Under the pieces are notes generated by a model. The model did not search any database. It was not told the DNA's origin and saw only the letters and a list, made by a program, of their open reading frames with translations. Below are positions 1 to 11,600 of a stretch of DNA of 60,377 bases, piece by piece. The stretch's first letter is position 1; each line of letters starts with the position of its first letter. The DNA comes from Phoronis australis (lineage: Eukaryota > Animalia > Phoronida). The DNA is taken from NCBI GenBank assembly GCA_002633005.1, contig NMRA01000405.1:315274-375650 (forward strand), in the 5' to 3' direction. The translations under genes and the position numbers were made by a program.

Positions 1-140
1 GCCACGCGCCTCGGATTCGACCTTTGCGGGAATCCTAAACCCCCCCTTACTGAAAACGTAGATCCGCCACTGTCTATGATGTCTCCAAGTCACTTTCTTG
101 ACTATAATTAGAGCCCTCTGGAGGCAGGTACACAAAACCT

Positions 141-380
141 ATAATAATATAAAAAATAATTGCAGGCGGTCTGATACAGGCGTTGTACCAGACGTGCTCA
201 GGCCTCGCATGTGGGCACTGATCACCTGGAAATATTTTTATGCTTTATTAATATATGGTTAAAACCGAGCTGAGGAGCTAGAAACCTGGCTCAAGGGTTT
301 AGCAGTGTGACATGGTGGGACTTGAACCCACAACCTCGAGTTAAGAAAGCGGGCACTTATCAACCAGGCCACACTGCCTC
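141..380 (-). mobile_element. tRNA-derived SINE, copy 1
   Basis: Minus-strand head GGCAGTGTGGCCTGGTTG..GGTTCAAGTCCC (A/B boxes); body shared with 34030-34250 and 38475-38668. Confidence 0.75.
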
Positions 381-394
381 CTCCCACACAAAAC

Positions 395-1429
395 CTATAA
401 TGACATGTGGCTTTCCGCTATGGGGGTACATATTTTCATGTGTAAATATACACGGTCTTTTAAATCATAATACATGCGCGTTACATTCTGTGCCAAATTA
501 TTTTTTACTAACACAGTGACGCCTCCTGATAATTTCCCACCAGGAGGGCGAATTGCAGAGTGGACAGTATAGCTGTCGAAAAACGTGTCAAATTGTGTTG
601 GTGATTTTTGGAATGATTCAATGAAACCAATTATATCACATGACTCAAAAATTTCGTATATTTCCCGAGATGATTTCATTTTGAAGCTCAGTCCTTCTAT
701 ATTCCAGGATCCTATGTTCAAATCGATGCTCTGTTCATCAAATTGCTATTCTGCATCAGGGTCTGCTTCATCATTGATACCTCTGTCACCCGACCTTCGA
801 AAATCTGTTCTTCGTTTGACCATGTCTTGTTCTTTGTCGTAGTAGTAGGTTTCTTTACCGTTGATCATCTTGTCGAATGTGATTTTAGCATGTTCCATCC
901 TGTTCTCCAGTTTGAATGTGTATAACTGTTTCCTGGCTACTCTAACTCGCCATGAGAAATATTCAGTTATGTGTACCCCTTCTGGCAGGCCTCTACGCTT
1001 CTTCACGAGAGCAGATTTGCTTGCTGCCGATACTTTTGCGATTATTGGTCGATTTCTGTTTAGCTGTTTTCTGCCAAGACGGTGTGTATGGTCAATTGCC
1101 AACTCAGCTATTGTTAAATCATTAGCCACTTGTTGAACCAAAACAGCAGTTTTGTCTCGTTGACCTCCTCCTCTTCACCATGTATAATAATATTTGTCCC
1201 TTCTGGACATATTTTCGAGGTCGTTCACCTTCTTCTCTAGCAGCTTAATGCAATCCCCGAGTTTGACATTTTCAGCCATCGTCTCTTGATATTGAGGTCT
1301 TAGTTTATCTATCTCCTCCATACCATCAAATCTGTCCTGTTGTGGGGCCATGTAATCTATAATACTGCTGGCACTGCGCAGGTTGGGACGGTTCGTTGGA
1401 GTTTTTGGTTTTGCACCACTGGTCGGCAT
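395..1429 (-). mobile_element. Non-LTR retrotransposon 5' fragment: frameshifted ORF1 (coiled coil + RRM) and N-terminus of ORF2 APE endonuclease; RT missing
   Basis: ORF1: LEKKVNDLENMSRRD/NIIIHG (frameshift ~1190), IDHTHRLG..NRPIIAK..VHITE; ORF2 721-395: MNIGSWNIEGL..CDIIGFIES..SGGVTVLVK, typical APE motifs of CR1/L2/L1-type LINEs. Confidence 0.8.
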
Positions 1430-2629
1430 TGATCACAATGGTTGTCATTACATTAAAAGTGACAAAATGCCCCTTTACACTGCTGGTGGTCAGCCTTAGA
1501 CATCCCAAACAGTGCTTCAAGACTTTGCAGAGTAAGAATTATTGTTACAACACAAAGGGAGAGGACCGCACCCACAAGTATCAGGCCTGGGACACTTTAT
1601 AATCAAATTTGGGAAGGACTTTGTTGATAGCCGTGCTGGTGGCGGCAGCAGTGGTGGTTGGGGTACAAGCTTGTTTCTGGACGTTGGACTCTTTAACAAC
1701 GAACATTTACTTACGTTAAATCCTATTCTGAACTATAACATCAGTAAGTATGGTTCCTACAAATTGTTAAGAGCATCGATCTGAGTCCACTAGTGCTATG
1801 CATTGCCAAATGTAATGAAGTATTAGGCGTACTGGCTTGCTTTCGTCTACTGCTAGAATCATCTTTCAGTTCAAACAGCTGTGAATAACACCCACACACA
1901 ATGGTGCCTTACTCAGACCCCTATTCAATACAACTGTTTTTTGGCATTTTGTTGTTTGCACTGGGATCTCACCGTGATGCAATTTCGCAGAAAAGGCAAC
2001 TTCACCTATCATTTGAAAAATTAAACTCACGTTTTCTTATTTTGCTAAGGCTTTGCTAGGACTATCTGGTTAGCCAATATAACAAAAGTGCAGTGAAGTT
2101 AGGCTTTAATAGATTGCTTTATTGTCCATATACTACAATTGCGAGTACAAAATTTAGTTGCCAAAAATATGACTATTATTTCACAGTACCACAATCTCAC
2201 ATACAAGATCCTGATCTGGTGGATTGACAACTTTATAAATATTTCACCAACCAAGAGGACAGTAAAAAGGTATTGTTTAGCGTAAACAATAACACGATTG
2301 GGGTGAACAAAAACAAAAACAAAACCAAAACCATGCTCTATGTGTTGCAAATGTACAACAATTTCAACCTACATGCAAGGAACATACATGTAAGCAAAGT
2401 ATGTTCTTTTGGTTATTAAATGTAAACATTTGAGAATTCCTGGATTTTAACCCTCACCATATTACAAAATTGATCAACCAGAAGACACAAGAATATGATT
2501 AAACGAAGCAAGTTAGGTGAGCTGAAAGGATCTATTCAAAACAAAAAATGACAAGTTTACTGCAGACTGACTATCCGTAGAAGGGCACTTGAGTTTTCTT
2601 ATTTCTATGTATTTTCTTCTTTCAAACTT

Positions 2630-2673
2630 TTAATTTTCTTCATCTTCGTCACCTTCTTCTTCTTCGTCAGATT
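2630..2673 (-). CDS. BZW: BZW last coding exon (acidic tail, stop)
   Basis: [14 protein letters not shown]; TTTCAG acceptor; minus-strand AATAAA at 2118-2123 is a candidate polyA signal. Confidence 0.88.
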
Positions 2674-5600
2674 CTGAAACAAATTTTTGCACTTTACAAT
2701 TTACAGTTGTCATGGTTACCTTTACAAAATCTGTATTTAAAGCTGGCAACCACCAAGTGACTCCACTTAGTGTTGAGTCACCCAACCAGTATTTTCCAAG
2801 TTGATTTCGGCACAAAAGAATTGCTACTTGTACAGTTCTCTCTTCTTCTCTGACTATTTGTCAGTTCCTTTCAGGCCCTTCAACAAATGTCCCAAAACTG
2901 TTCATAAAAATACTTTGTACTGAGTGTCAGGTAATGATTTTGCTTGGAAAAATGGTATTCTTCTCATCACAGGAATCTCACAGTTTGTTTTGCAAGGCAT
3001 AAAAGACACAGCTGCCTCTTAATTCAGAAAACAAACTGTTGTGCATCAGTACCAAACACTATCTGCTGACCGCGACCAGTGCAGCTTACTGGCGAAGGCA
3101 ATTTTTAACAGCTGATGCACCAAGGCAGAGACTATTGGGTGACTTTCAATAAGCAATGGGGGCATGATCACGTGGGACTGGTGACTCATATTGCCACCTG
3201 GCTGAACCAGCAGGTACATCTCCATCGTATCAGTTGGCACAGTGGAACATTGACTTTTACATTAGGGGCCTATGTGTTATCAGACAGGGCTTGGAATGAC
3301 CAATGACAAAAAACGCGGAAACTTTGAAACTTTTACGGCCCAAATCATGCCCGACAACCAGCCTTGAAATGGTCAATGTGAACCCTTCCCCGACAAAAAT
3401 CGGGACTAAAAAAAAAAAACGTTACCACCATCAGTAGCATGCGTCTGCGTCCTTTTAGCTCGCCCGTCCACTCCCAACCCACACATTTTTGGCTGCAGAG
3501 CGGTAGTATTTGTCACCGCGCTTAACAATAACACGAGACGCCATTGAAAATCCAACCACGCTGTCCCAGATGCCCTGGCAATGTTGACAATTTACGTTCC
3601 TCCGAAACATAAAGAGCAACTTCCGCTTTTCGAAGTGAACGTCGTCTGCAACGCCGCGGTAAGAAAGGAATTTGCCACGGAAATTTTATATCAAATCCGA
3701 TTTTTTTACGCGGAAATATTATAAAAAAAGCGGAAAGCACATTTGAAAAAAGCGGAAATCCGCGTTTCCGCGGAAAATTCCAAGCCCTGATCAGAAGTAG
3801 TGTGCTTAAAACAAAAGTGAAATGGTCTCCTTGTCTTCTAGAGGTCACTAGTGTCCGGTCACATAGGAATAGTTATTACCGGTACTTGAATGTCTCCCAT
3901 TAATAGAACTGTTGCTAAGTTTTCTAACAGTGAGAACTGCCTGAAATAAAAACAAACGCTCCCGCAACTGAAGGTTCAAAGCTTATAAAGTGGAGCATGT
4001 CAAAGTTATAAGAGCCAGTTGCACAGGTCTAAGAAAATGCACGTCATCTTTCTGAAATTAGAGTAAACTAATGTATTTAGCAACAACTTCTATGCCGTGG
4101 AAAACAAACTTTGGACACGAAAGAGTAAGAAAAACACCATTAGTTCCCAATAAAACCACTTCTTGGCACTCAAAATTCACAGTACTTAGGTGAACATTTT
4201 TGGGACACCCTATATTTGAATAAATTCTGATCAACTTTACAATCATTGAAGGCACTAGTTCCTGAAGGTCACAAACTCCATCAACCTCATTCATGGCCAA
4301 CCTACCCTCTTCAGCATTCTTCAACCACTCTACAAACTTTCTACTCTGGTCTAAAAAGAGACTCTTGCCCTTGGGCGAGTGGGCGTCCGCATGCCATTTG
4401 AGAATGGCAGCCTCACTCAGAACATCAGCTGAAAACAGACAAGTCTAATCAATTTACTTACAGGACTCACTGCTCGATTTGGCAACATGCAGTTCGCCAA
4501 TGCGAGCAGCAAAAGAAGACAAAAATTCACCCGAAATCCCCTTCAAAATTTGTGGAGACTTGCAAACTTTTAATTAATAACATTTTTTCAAAGATTGAAT
4601 GCCTTTGTTAACAAGAGTAATGCGGAGCCTTGAAATGCACCCACGAATGCACCACAAATGGGGTGCTTCTGGGGATGTTTATTTGTATTATATAAGTGGT
4701 CACTAGATGGCGTAAAACATGTCAAGAACATATCATTGTTTCTTAATAGGCCTTTTGCGAGTTTATAACAATAACGCGAGACTATGTGAGACTTAACTGT
4801 GACGTCACGGGAAGTGGGGCAAAAGCTTGCTGTTTGGCCATTTGCCCAATATGGTAGCAGAATGTATTCTGTTATTTTCTTCGAGTTTTTAGCCGTTTTG
4901 TTCGAAAAATGCCAAACAAGCATTGCTGTTATGGAAAATGAAACTCAGATTCGCACTACAATACGTTCTATCGTGTTCTGTACTAATTTCGTCCCATGTA
5001 TTTTAAACGGGCGGTAGGCGATATCTGCTCACTGATTAAGTTTTCACCTCGTCAGAAATACATTCTACACCTAAAGTTATCACCTATAAAGACGCTTATT
5101 TTCTTCAGTAACTCTTTCTGCTTCTAAACACATATTCGATGAAGCATAGCTATGGGAATTCAGGTGACTTTGGCGAAGAATTCCAACTCCAGTTTGTGGT
5201 TACTGTTAACTTTGACCGGGCGCGCGATAACCACAATTAAGTATTTCAACTGAATCAGGTGAGTATGAGGCAAAGGCTAGCACGAGACTGAGCGAAGGGC
5301 GAGATCAGGCGCGTGACCTGGCGCGTGACACTTGTAAAATAGCATGAGAAAATATCAAATGAAATTTGTAAGATTTGTGCCCCTTGGACTTTTTGTTCGC
5401 CAACAGGCGTGATTTCACGTAACTTCCTCAAAATGGCGCCCAGTGAGAGAAACTCTAGAGAACCGCGAGGTTTTCATGGATATGCTCAAGTTATTTTTAG
5501 ACTAAATTGTGTCCAGAGTCAGGGTATGTGTTAATTATAACTCCATGTGCACATATGCATGTTTCATTTGCTGTATTTTGAAGTGAATATCTTTTAATGG

Positions 5601-8600
5601 GGAGCCACTATAGCCCCTGTATGCCTGCGGCATTCAGGCCTAGACCGGGTTGAGTTCCAAGTTCAGTCCGTTCACAGCTTCGCACAACATAACAGTTATT
5701 CCACGATCCATCTACCATCTCTTAAGTTGTTTTAACGTTTTAAGCGTAAAATTCACCATAACAACTCCAGTAAGATTTAGCGTGTGTAGCAAAGACTCGG
5801 GGCAAAACAAGAGCAATATGGCAGGTTTTGTTCCTCTTCCGGTGACATCACATTGACTAACGAGAAACTCGCAAGTGAGCTATTGAAAGCTATTTACCAA
5901 ATTTCATGAAAATTTGTCAAGGAACTTCAGAGAAACAGAGGTAAACCAAAAAAATAAAATTGCCACTAGGGGACACAGTGTTCGTCGGATCTGTCTAAAA
6001 GTCGTCGTCATTTGTTGTCAATTTCATGTAAATACACATCTTGCTAAATTTAATAAAGATTCAGCAGTAGGTTTAGGAGATACAGCTATGAACACAAAAA
6101 AAACTGTTACTAGAAGGCGCCACTGTAGTCAAAGTCGTCAGAAAATTATCGTCAATTGTCCTCTTCACACTAAGGACATACCATGCCAATTTTCACAATC
6201 ACCCTTAGGGTGGTTTGGTTGATAGAGGGACGGATGCCAAAAACAGACTCGAAAACAGTAAAAATGGCCACTAGATGGCGGAAAATATGTCGAATCCATC
6301 TGAAACTGATAACATGTCATCGTTTTCTTAATAGAAAGCTAGTTCCAAAATTTCTTAAAAATCTGTCAAGGAACATCAGAGAAACAGAGGAAAACGAAAA
6401 AAAAGAAATTACCACTAGGGGCACAGCGTTCGTTGGATCGGTCTTATAGTCGTCATCAGTTGTCAACTTCATATAAATACACATGATCAATTTAGTAAAG
6501 ATCCTGCAGTAGTTTTAAGAGATACAGCTATGGTCGCAAAAAAAAACAAAAAAAAAAAAAACAGCCACCAGGCTGTCTACACTCCAATACGCAGTGAATG
6601 GCCGCTCAATTGCAAGAGATAATTTTTGGTTAGTGGCGTCCGTGGCATGACCTAAGCCTTGGGGACCTCAGATTTCATCTTTTGACCTGAGATTTTCACT
6701 AAGTGTCGAGCGCTGGAACTAGACCCCTAGTTACCACAAGCCCGTTCTCTAATGCTAGTATCTTGCGAGCGAGGCGAGATTACAAAAGAGAAAGGCATGA
6801 TCTTATTCGGGCTTGCTAGTGTACACCAGCGGAATGATCAACCCTGAAAGTGAATGGACAACTATTGCAAAATACATATGCTACGTTAACACTCAAAACA
6901 TCCAATACACAAATCACATCAATCCCTCAACAGATGGAGCCATGCAGTTACACAACGTCCGCAGAAAATTTACAGTGAGTTTGCGGAAATTTTTCGCTTA
7001 ATAATTTGCGCATCTAGAACTTCACCTGGATGAATGATAATGTCCAACATCTACCCGAAATAATCATTACCTCTGTTGTATTACCTAAGACTTTTCGACA
7101 CACGTTGCGCACAAACGATTAGCAGTGCTGCATACATGTCCAGTCTTTGGCAAACTAGGGACATAGTATCGGGTACCTGATATCGTGTTGGTTTTATTGC
7201 CACCTCATCCAGTGTCCCAAGGGAGTATTGGTCAACAGACTGCTGGGGCAACAGTGGAATATAACGTACCCACATTTTGAGAACCAGTTTGATGCTCGTT
7301 ATTCAGTGGTTCTAAAATAGCAGGCACATTAAATTCAACTATTACCGATCATTGGCGTCACCCTGGCTAAAAATGTGAAATAAATACCAAAACTATTTGG
7401 ATAAACACCACGGAAATTTAAAGCAAGCATCACAAAATCAAGGTACAGCCATTAAACATGATTGTTCAAAAGAAATAATTCTTAAAACTTGGGGTATATG
7501 TTTAGCCCAATGTGGGCACTCGAATGTATGTGGCAAATGAATGTGAAAATATATACCTTGGTAGAGCTTGAATATGATCTTCTGGAAGATCTTCATGAAG
7601 CTGGAGTTGTCGTAGCAGTACTCTTGTATGCGCACCAGTAGCGCTAGCTGTGAGCGGCCGGTGGAAGCGAGCATTGCCAGTAACGGCGCAAACGTACCGA
7701 GGTGGCGAAGGGCTTGCTCAGATAGCAGGTCCTCCTTCTTGTTCCACTCGACGCCCTTCATCACACGGTTGAAGACCTGAACATGAGACAGAGAGCAGAG
7801 TGAACATGGGGGAACATGAGACACAGAGCAAAGTGAACATGGGGGGATANNNNNNNNNNNNNNNNNNNNNNNNNNNNNNNNNNNNNNNNNNNNNNNNNNN
7901 NNNNNNNNNNNNNNNNNNNNNNNNNNNNNNNNNNNNNNNNNNNNNNNNNNNNNNNNNNNNNNNNNNNNNNNNNATGAGACACAGAACAGAGTGAACATGG
8001 GGGGATATTGAGACACAGAGCAGAGTGAACATGGGGGGATATTGAGATACAGAGCAGAGTGAACATGGGGGGACATGAGACACAGAGCAGAGTGAACATG
8101 GGGGAAATTCTAGGGAAAGTGCACGTTGAAAAAAATCACTCAAGGACCCACCTTAAAATAAAATGCACATTGCAGGAACCACCATCAACAGAACATTTAC
8201 ATCTTCAACATATGAATATTTTTATCATACATAAACAAGAACATCATTAAAGCTTTATTTATTTATATATTCAGTTGCTTTAGGTTAAAGTTTGTTTTTC
8301 TGATGATAAGAACTGCAGGAGCTTAAAGAGATAGGTTGAAAGCTAATTTGTTGTTGTTAAGATATATTTGCATGTCTTGACTATTAATAAAGGTTACATA
8401 TGAACCATAAATTTTTATTTCATTCCACAATTCGTATAAAATATTTTGTTTAAAAAAACGCTCTCATTTCCCCACAAAATTTTGAGTACAGGAAATGTTA
8501 GCTTAGACTTTCTTCGGTTACTACAGTAAGATGTGTCCCAAGCAATACTGAGTCGATCGAGTATCTCCATTGTTATGTGCTGAAAGTTCTAGTGTTTTTT

Positions 8601-11600
8601 TGTTGTTGCAAATTTCACCCAATTTTCTATTAAACTGGCGTTGGCATTTGAAAAAAAATGCCAGATCGCTGTGTAGTAGGAGGTTGTGACAATAGATCAC
8701 GGACTGGGGTGTCTGTTCACAGATTTCGCACTGATCTAAGACTGAGTCACTGGTGGGATCGAAGACTGTCAAGTTCACGAGGAAGTACAAAGGCGATAGA
8801 AACATTCTTTTTGTTTTGAAGAAATTCTTCTGAATCAATATTGTAGGAAATATAATGTAACCCACACAACAAAAACAAAAAATTATCAAAATCTGGTGAA
8901 GCAGTACAAAGTTAAAGAAAGTTTTGTGGAGAAATTTGGGTCGCTTGTTTGGGTCGAGTCGGCCATCTTGGACAACGGTGGCATAAGTCACAAGTTTACA
9001 TTTTGAAAAAGCAACTTTGTACAATTTTCATTTTTTTGTGTTAAAAGTATAAGGAATATTCTAATCATTTCAATATGAATTGCCCATTCAATTGCCCTTA
9101 CCACTCTGCTAAAAATATTTGAAATTGTTTGAAATTATTTTTTGTTTGAAATTCAACTGTTCTCCAAGGTCTGATTATTTGTCACACTGGGATACATATT
9201 TTATGACTTATGGTGATTTCAACCCCCGCTTGGCATTTGCTCAATATGGATATTGAAACAAAGCATAAGGTTTCGCGACAAGATATAACTTTCAATTCAT
9301 AAACTGCATACAACAAAACCGTTTATCCCAACTGGACTCCACCTAGGCGCACCATGAAATGCAAGACGAAATTACAAATTTTGTCGCATATCTCCTTTTA
9401 TGCGTCTACCACTCCCGATCATAAGACTTGCATTTTACTAAATTGGAAAAAATAAACGAAATGAAAAGAAATGCATTTGCCTAGTATTCGTTCACAGACT
9501 CACGGCAATGTTTTTATTCTTCCATTTATGGTAATGAAACATCAGAAGAGGTGCCGTCATCGACTACAGGATCTGCCACGGTATTCCAGTCTTCACCCGA
9601 ACTGGTGAAGCGACCTATAGACATACGACGCCTCTTTGCATTCTCAAGAGCCTGCTCTCGACATGCTTCAATTTCAAGAGCTTATGTGCCCGATGCTTAG
9701 TCACATTCGAGTAAAAATCTTTCTAAATTCCTCATCGCAGGAAGACTCTCATATTCCATGCTGGTTCCTAGCCTTGGGTATAATTTGCCCATCTCACTCA
9801 TTTGCCATCATCATCAATTACACAGGGCTTGGAATGACCCATGACAAAAAGGGGAAATTTTTACGGCCCTTAATACTCATTTCAATCTAAACCATACCTC
9901 AACAGATCGAAAGTAAACATTATTAGCACAAGATGCCCTGTAACTGGGTCGTCTGGGCAAAACGCACTCATCTTCAGCAGTACTTGACATCTATTTCAAC
10001 AACAACAATGACGGCAATTAGATGCAACAAAAGATATTTTTTAAAATTAAAATAAAGATAATGATGCAAAATTTGCAGTGTGAGAGGCAGGCACATAGTC
10101 TGACGTAGAAAATCGCATTCAGGCGGTCCTAGCACTAGCAGCCAACGGATGTGCATGTGGGATCAAACAAAAGAATTTCATACATCACTCACATCACATG
10201 ATTCCAATCCAACGAATAACCGGTTACGGTTGAAATTCCTTTCAGGAAGCGTTGTTATTTCTGGAGTTTCATAGTTTTCAATCGGTCCTCCGACTTCAAC
10301 TTAGTCCAAGGCGAATTGGCCACGCACTTCGTAATTTTTCCTTTATCAAAGTTTGCAGAGCGCAAACCTTGACTTATATTGTTTGAGAAGACATTGGCCT
10401 ATATTTTATCCACTTTTTCCACTAAATATTCTGTCTACTTCACACATTTTTGAACTATGTCACAGCGATTTTATACCACATGCAGACGTTATCCCAGACA
10501 CAGGCGCTTGAATTTATCTATTCCTCGATCGCCACTAAGAAAACGTCAATCACTACTAAGAAAACACGTTTCTTATATATGGTTATGAGTCATCGGGAAG
10601 TTCGAGCGCCTGTGATCCCAGGTTTTGTTCCTCCGAAGCATAAAGAGCAGTTTCCGCTTTTCGAGTCGTCGGCAACGCCAAGGAGAGAGACCAATTTACC
10701 GCGATGATTTTATGGCAAATCCAATTTTTTCCACCGAAATATAACAAAAATAAGCGGATTGAATAAGAGAAAAAAAGCAGAAATCCGCGTTTCCGCAGAA
10801 AATTCCAAGCCTTGATTACATGACCACACAAGCCTGTATTCAGAATTGACTAGGCTGAAGTCGGAAAAGATCACTAAGTGCTGGGCTTCCCTAATTAACC
10901 GCAGTGCGCGGACAATAACTAGCTTGTAGAATGGGTTCATAGTGTGTTGAAAAACAGTTGTTTTGGTGTAAAACTATGTCTTTAATAATTTTGAGTACCT
11001 GATGTGAACGCATACACGAGGCACGCATACATGAACGGCACTCTCAAATAAAGAGTGTAAACTGATTTAATCTACTTACGATGACAACAGCTTCGTTCTC
11101 GCTGATCGTCTCTTTGGCAATGTGCTCGCGTACAAACAGGGCGATCTCCTTGATGTTCTCTTTCCGCTCGATCATTTCGTCCAAGTTATTCAGCATTTCC
11201 TTTCGCTGGTCACGTGACTGCTGGTTCTTCTGCAAGTGAGACAAAAAAGAAGATAACGACTGCTCAGTTCATATGCAGCTCCCGAAGCTCAGGATATATC
11301 CTCCAGAGATAAGTATCCACCGGACTTCACCAGAAACTCATCTTGAAAAATGACTAATCACCAAGCATGGAATCAGAAAAATTACTTGAAGACAAACAAC
11401 TGGCAAATTTTTTAGTGAACTTAGGAGGTCATTGATCTCATATTCAACAAATCAGCAACCAGCTTAACTGTCCTTCTTCTACCCGAGAGCATGAGACATT
11501 CAAACTAATTTCAGTTGCTTAATTCGACTGAAGAATCCCCCGCCTTCTATACCAATGTATATACATCTACACAAAAAGGTTTGGTTGATAGAGGGGTGCA

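Noticed and set aside
305-380. tRNA gene (also ~34175-34250, ~15830-15890, ~55430-55495)
   Set aside because: A/B boxes are present but there is no complete cloverleaf; the first two are attached to a repeated SINE body
1517-1784. Gly-rich / Pro-rich short ORFs
   Set aside because: No recognisable family and no convincing splice sites
7777-8250. Cys/Pro-rich ORFs around the N gap
   Set aside because: Translations of the minisatellite and the gap
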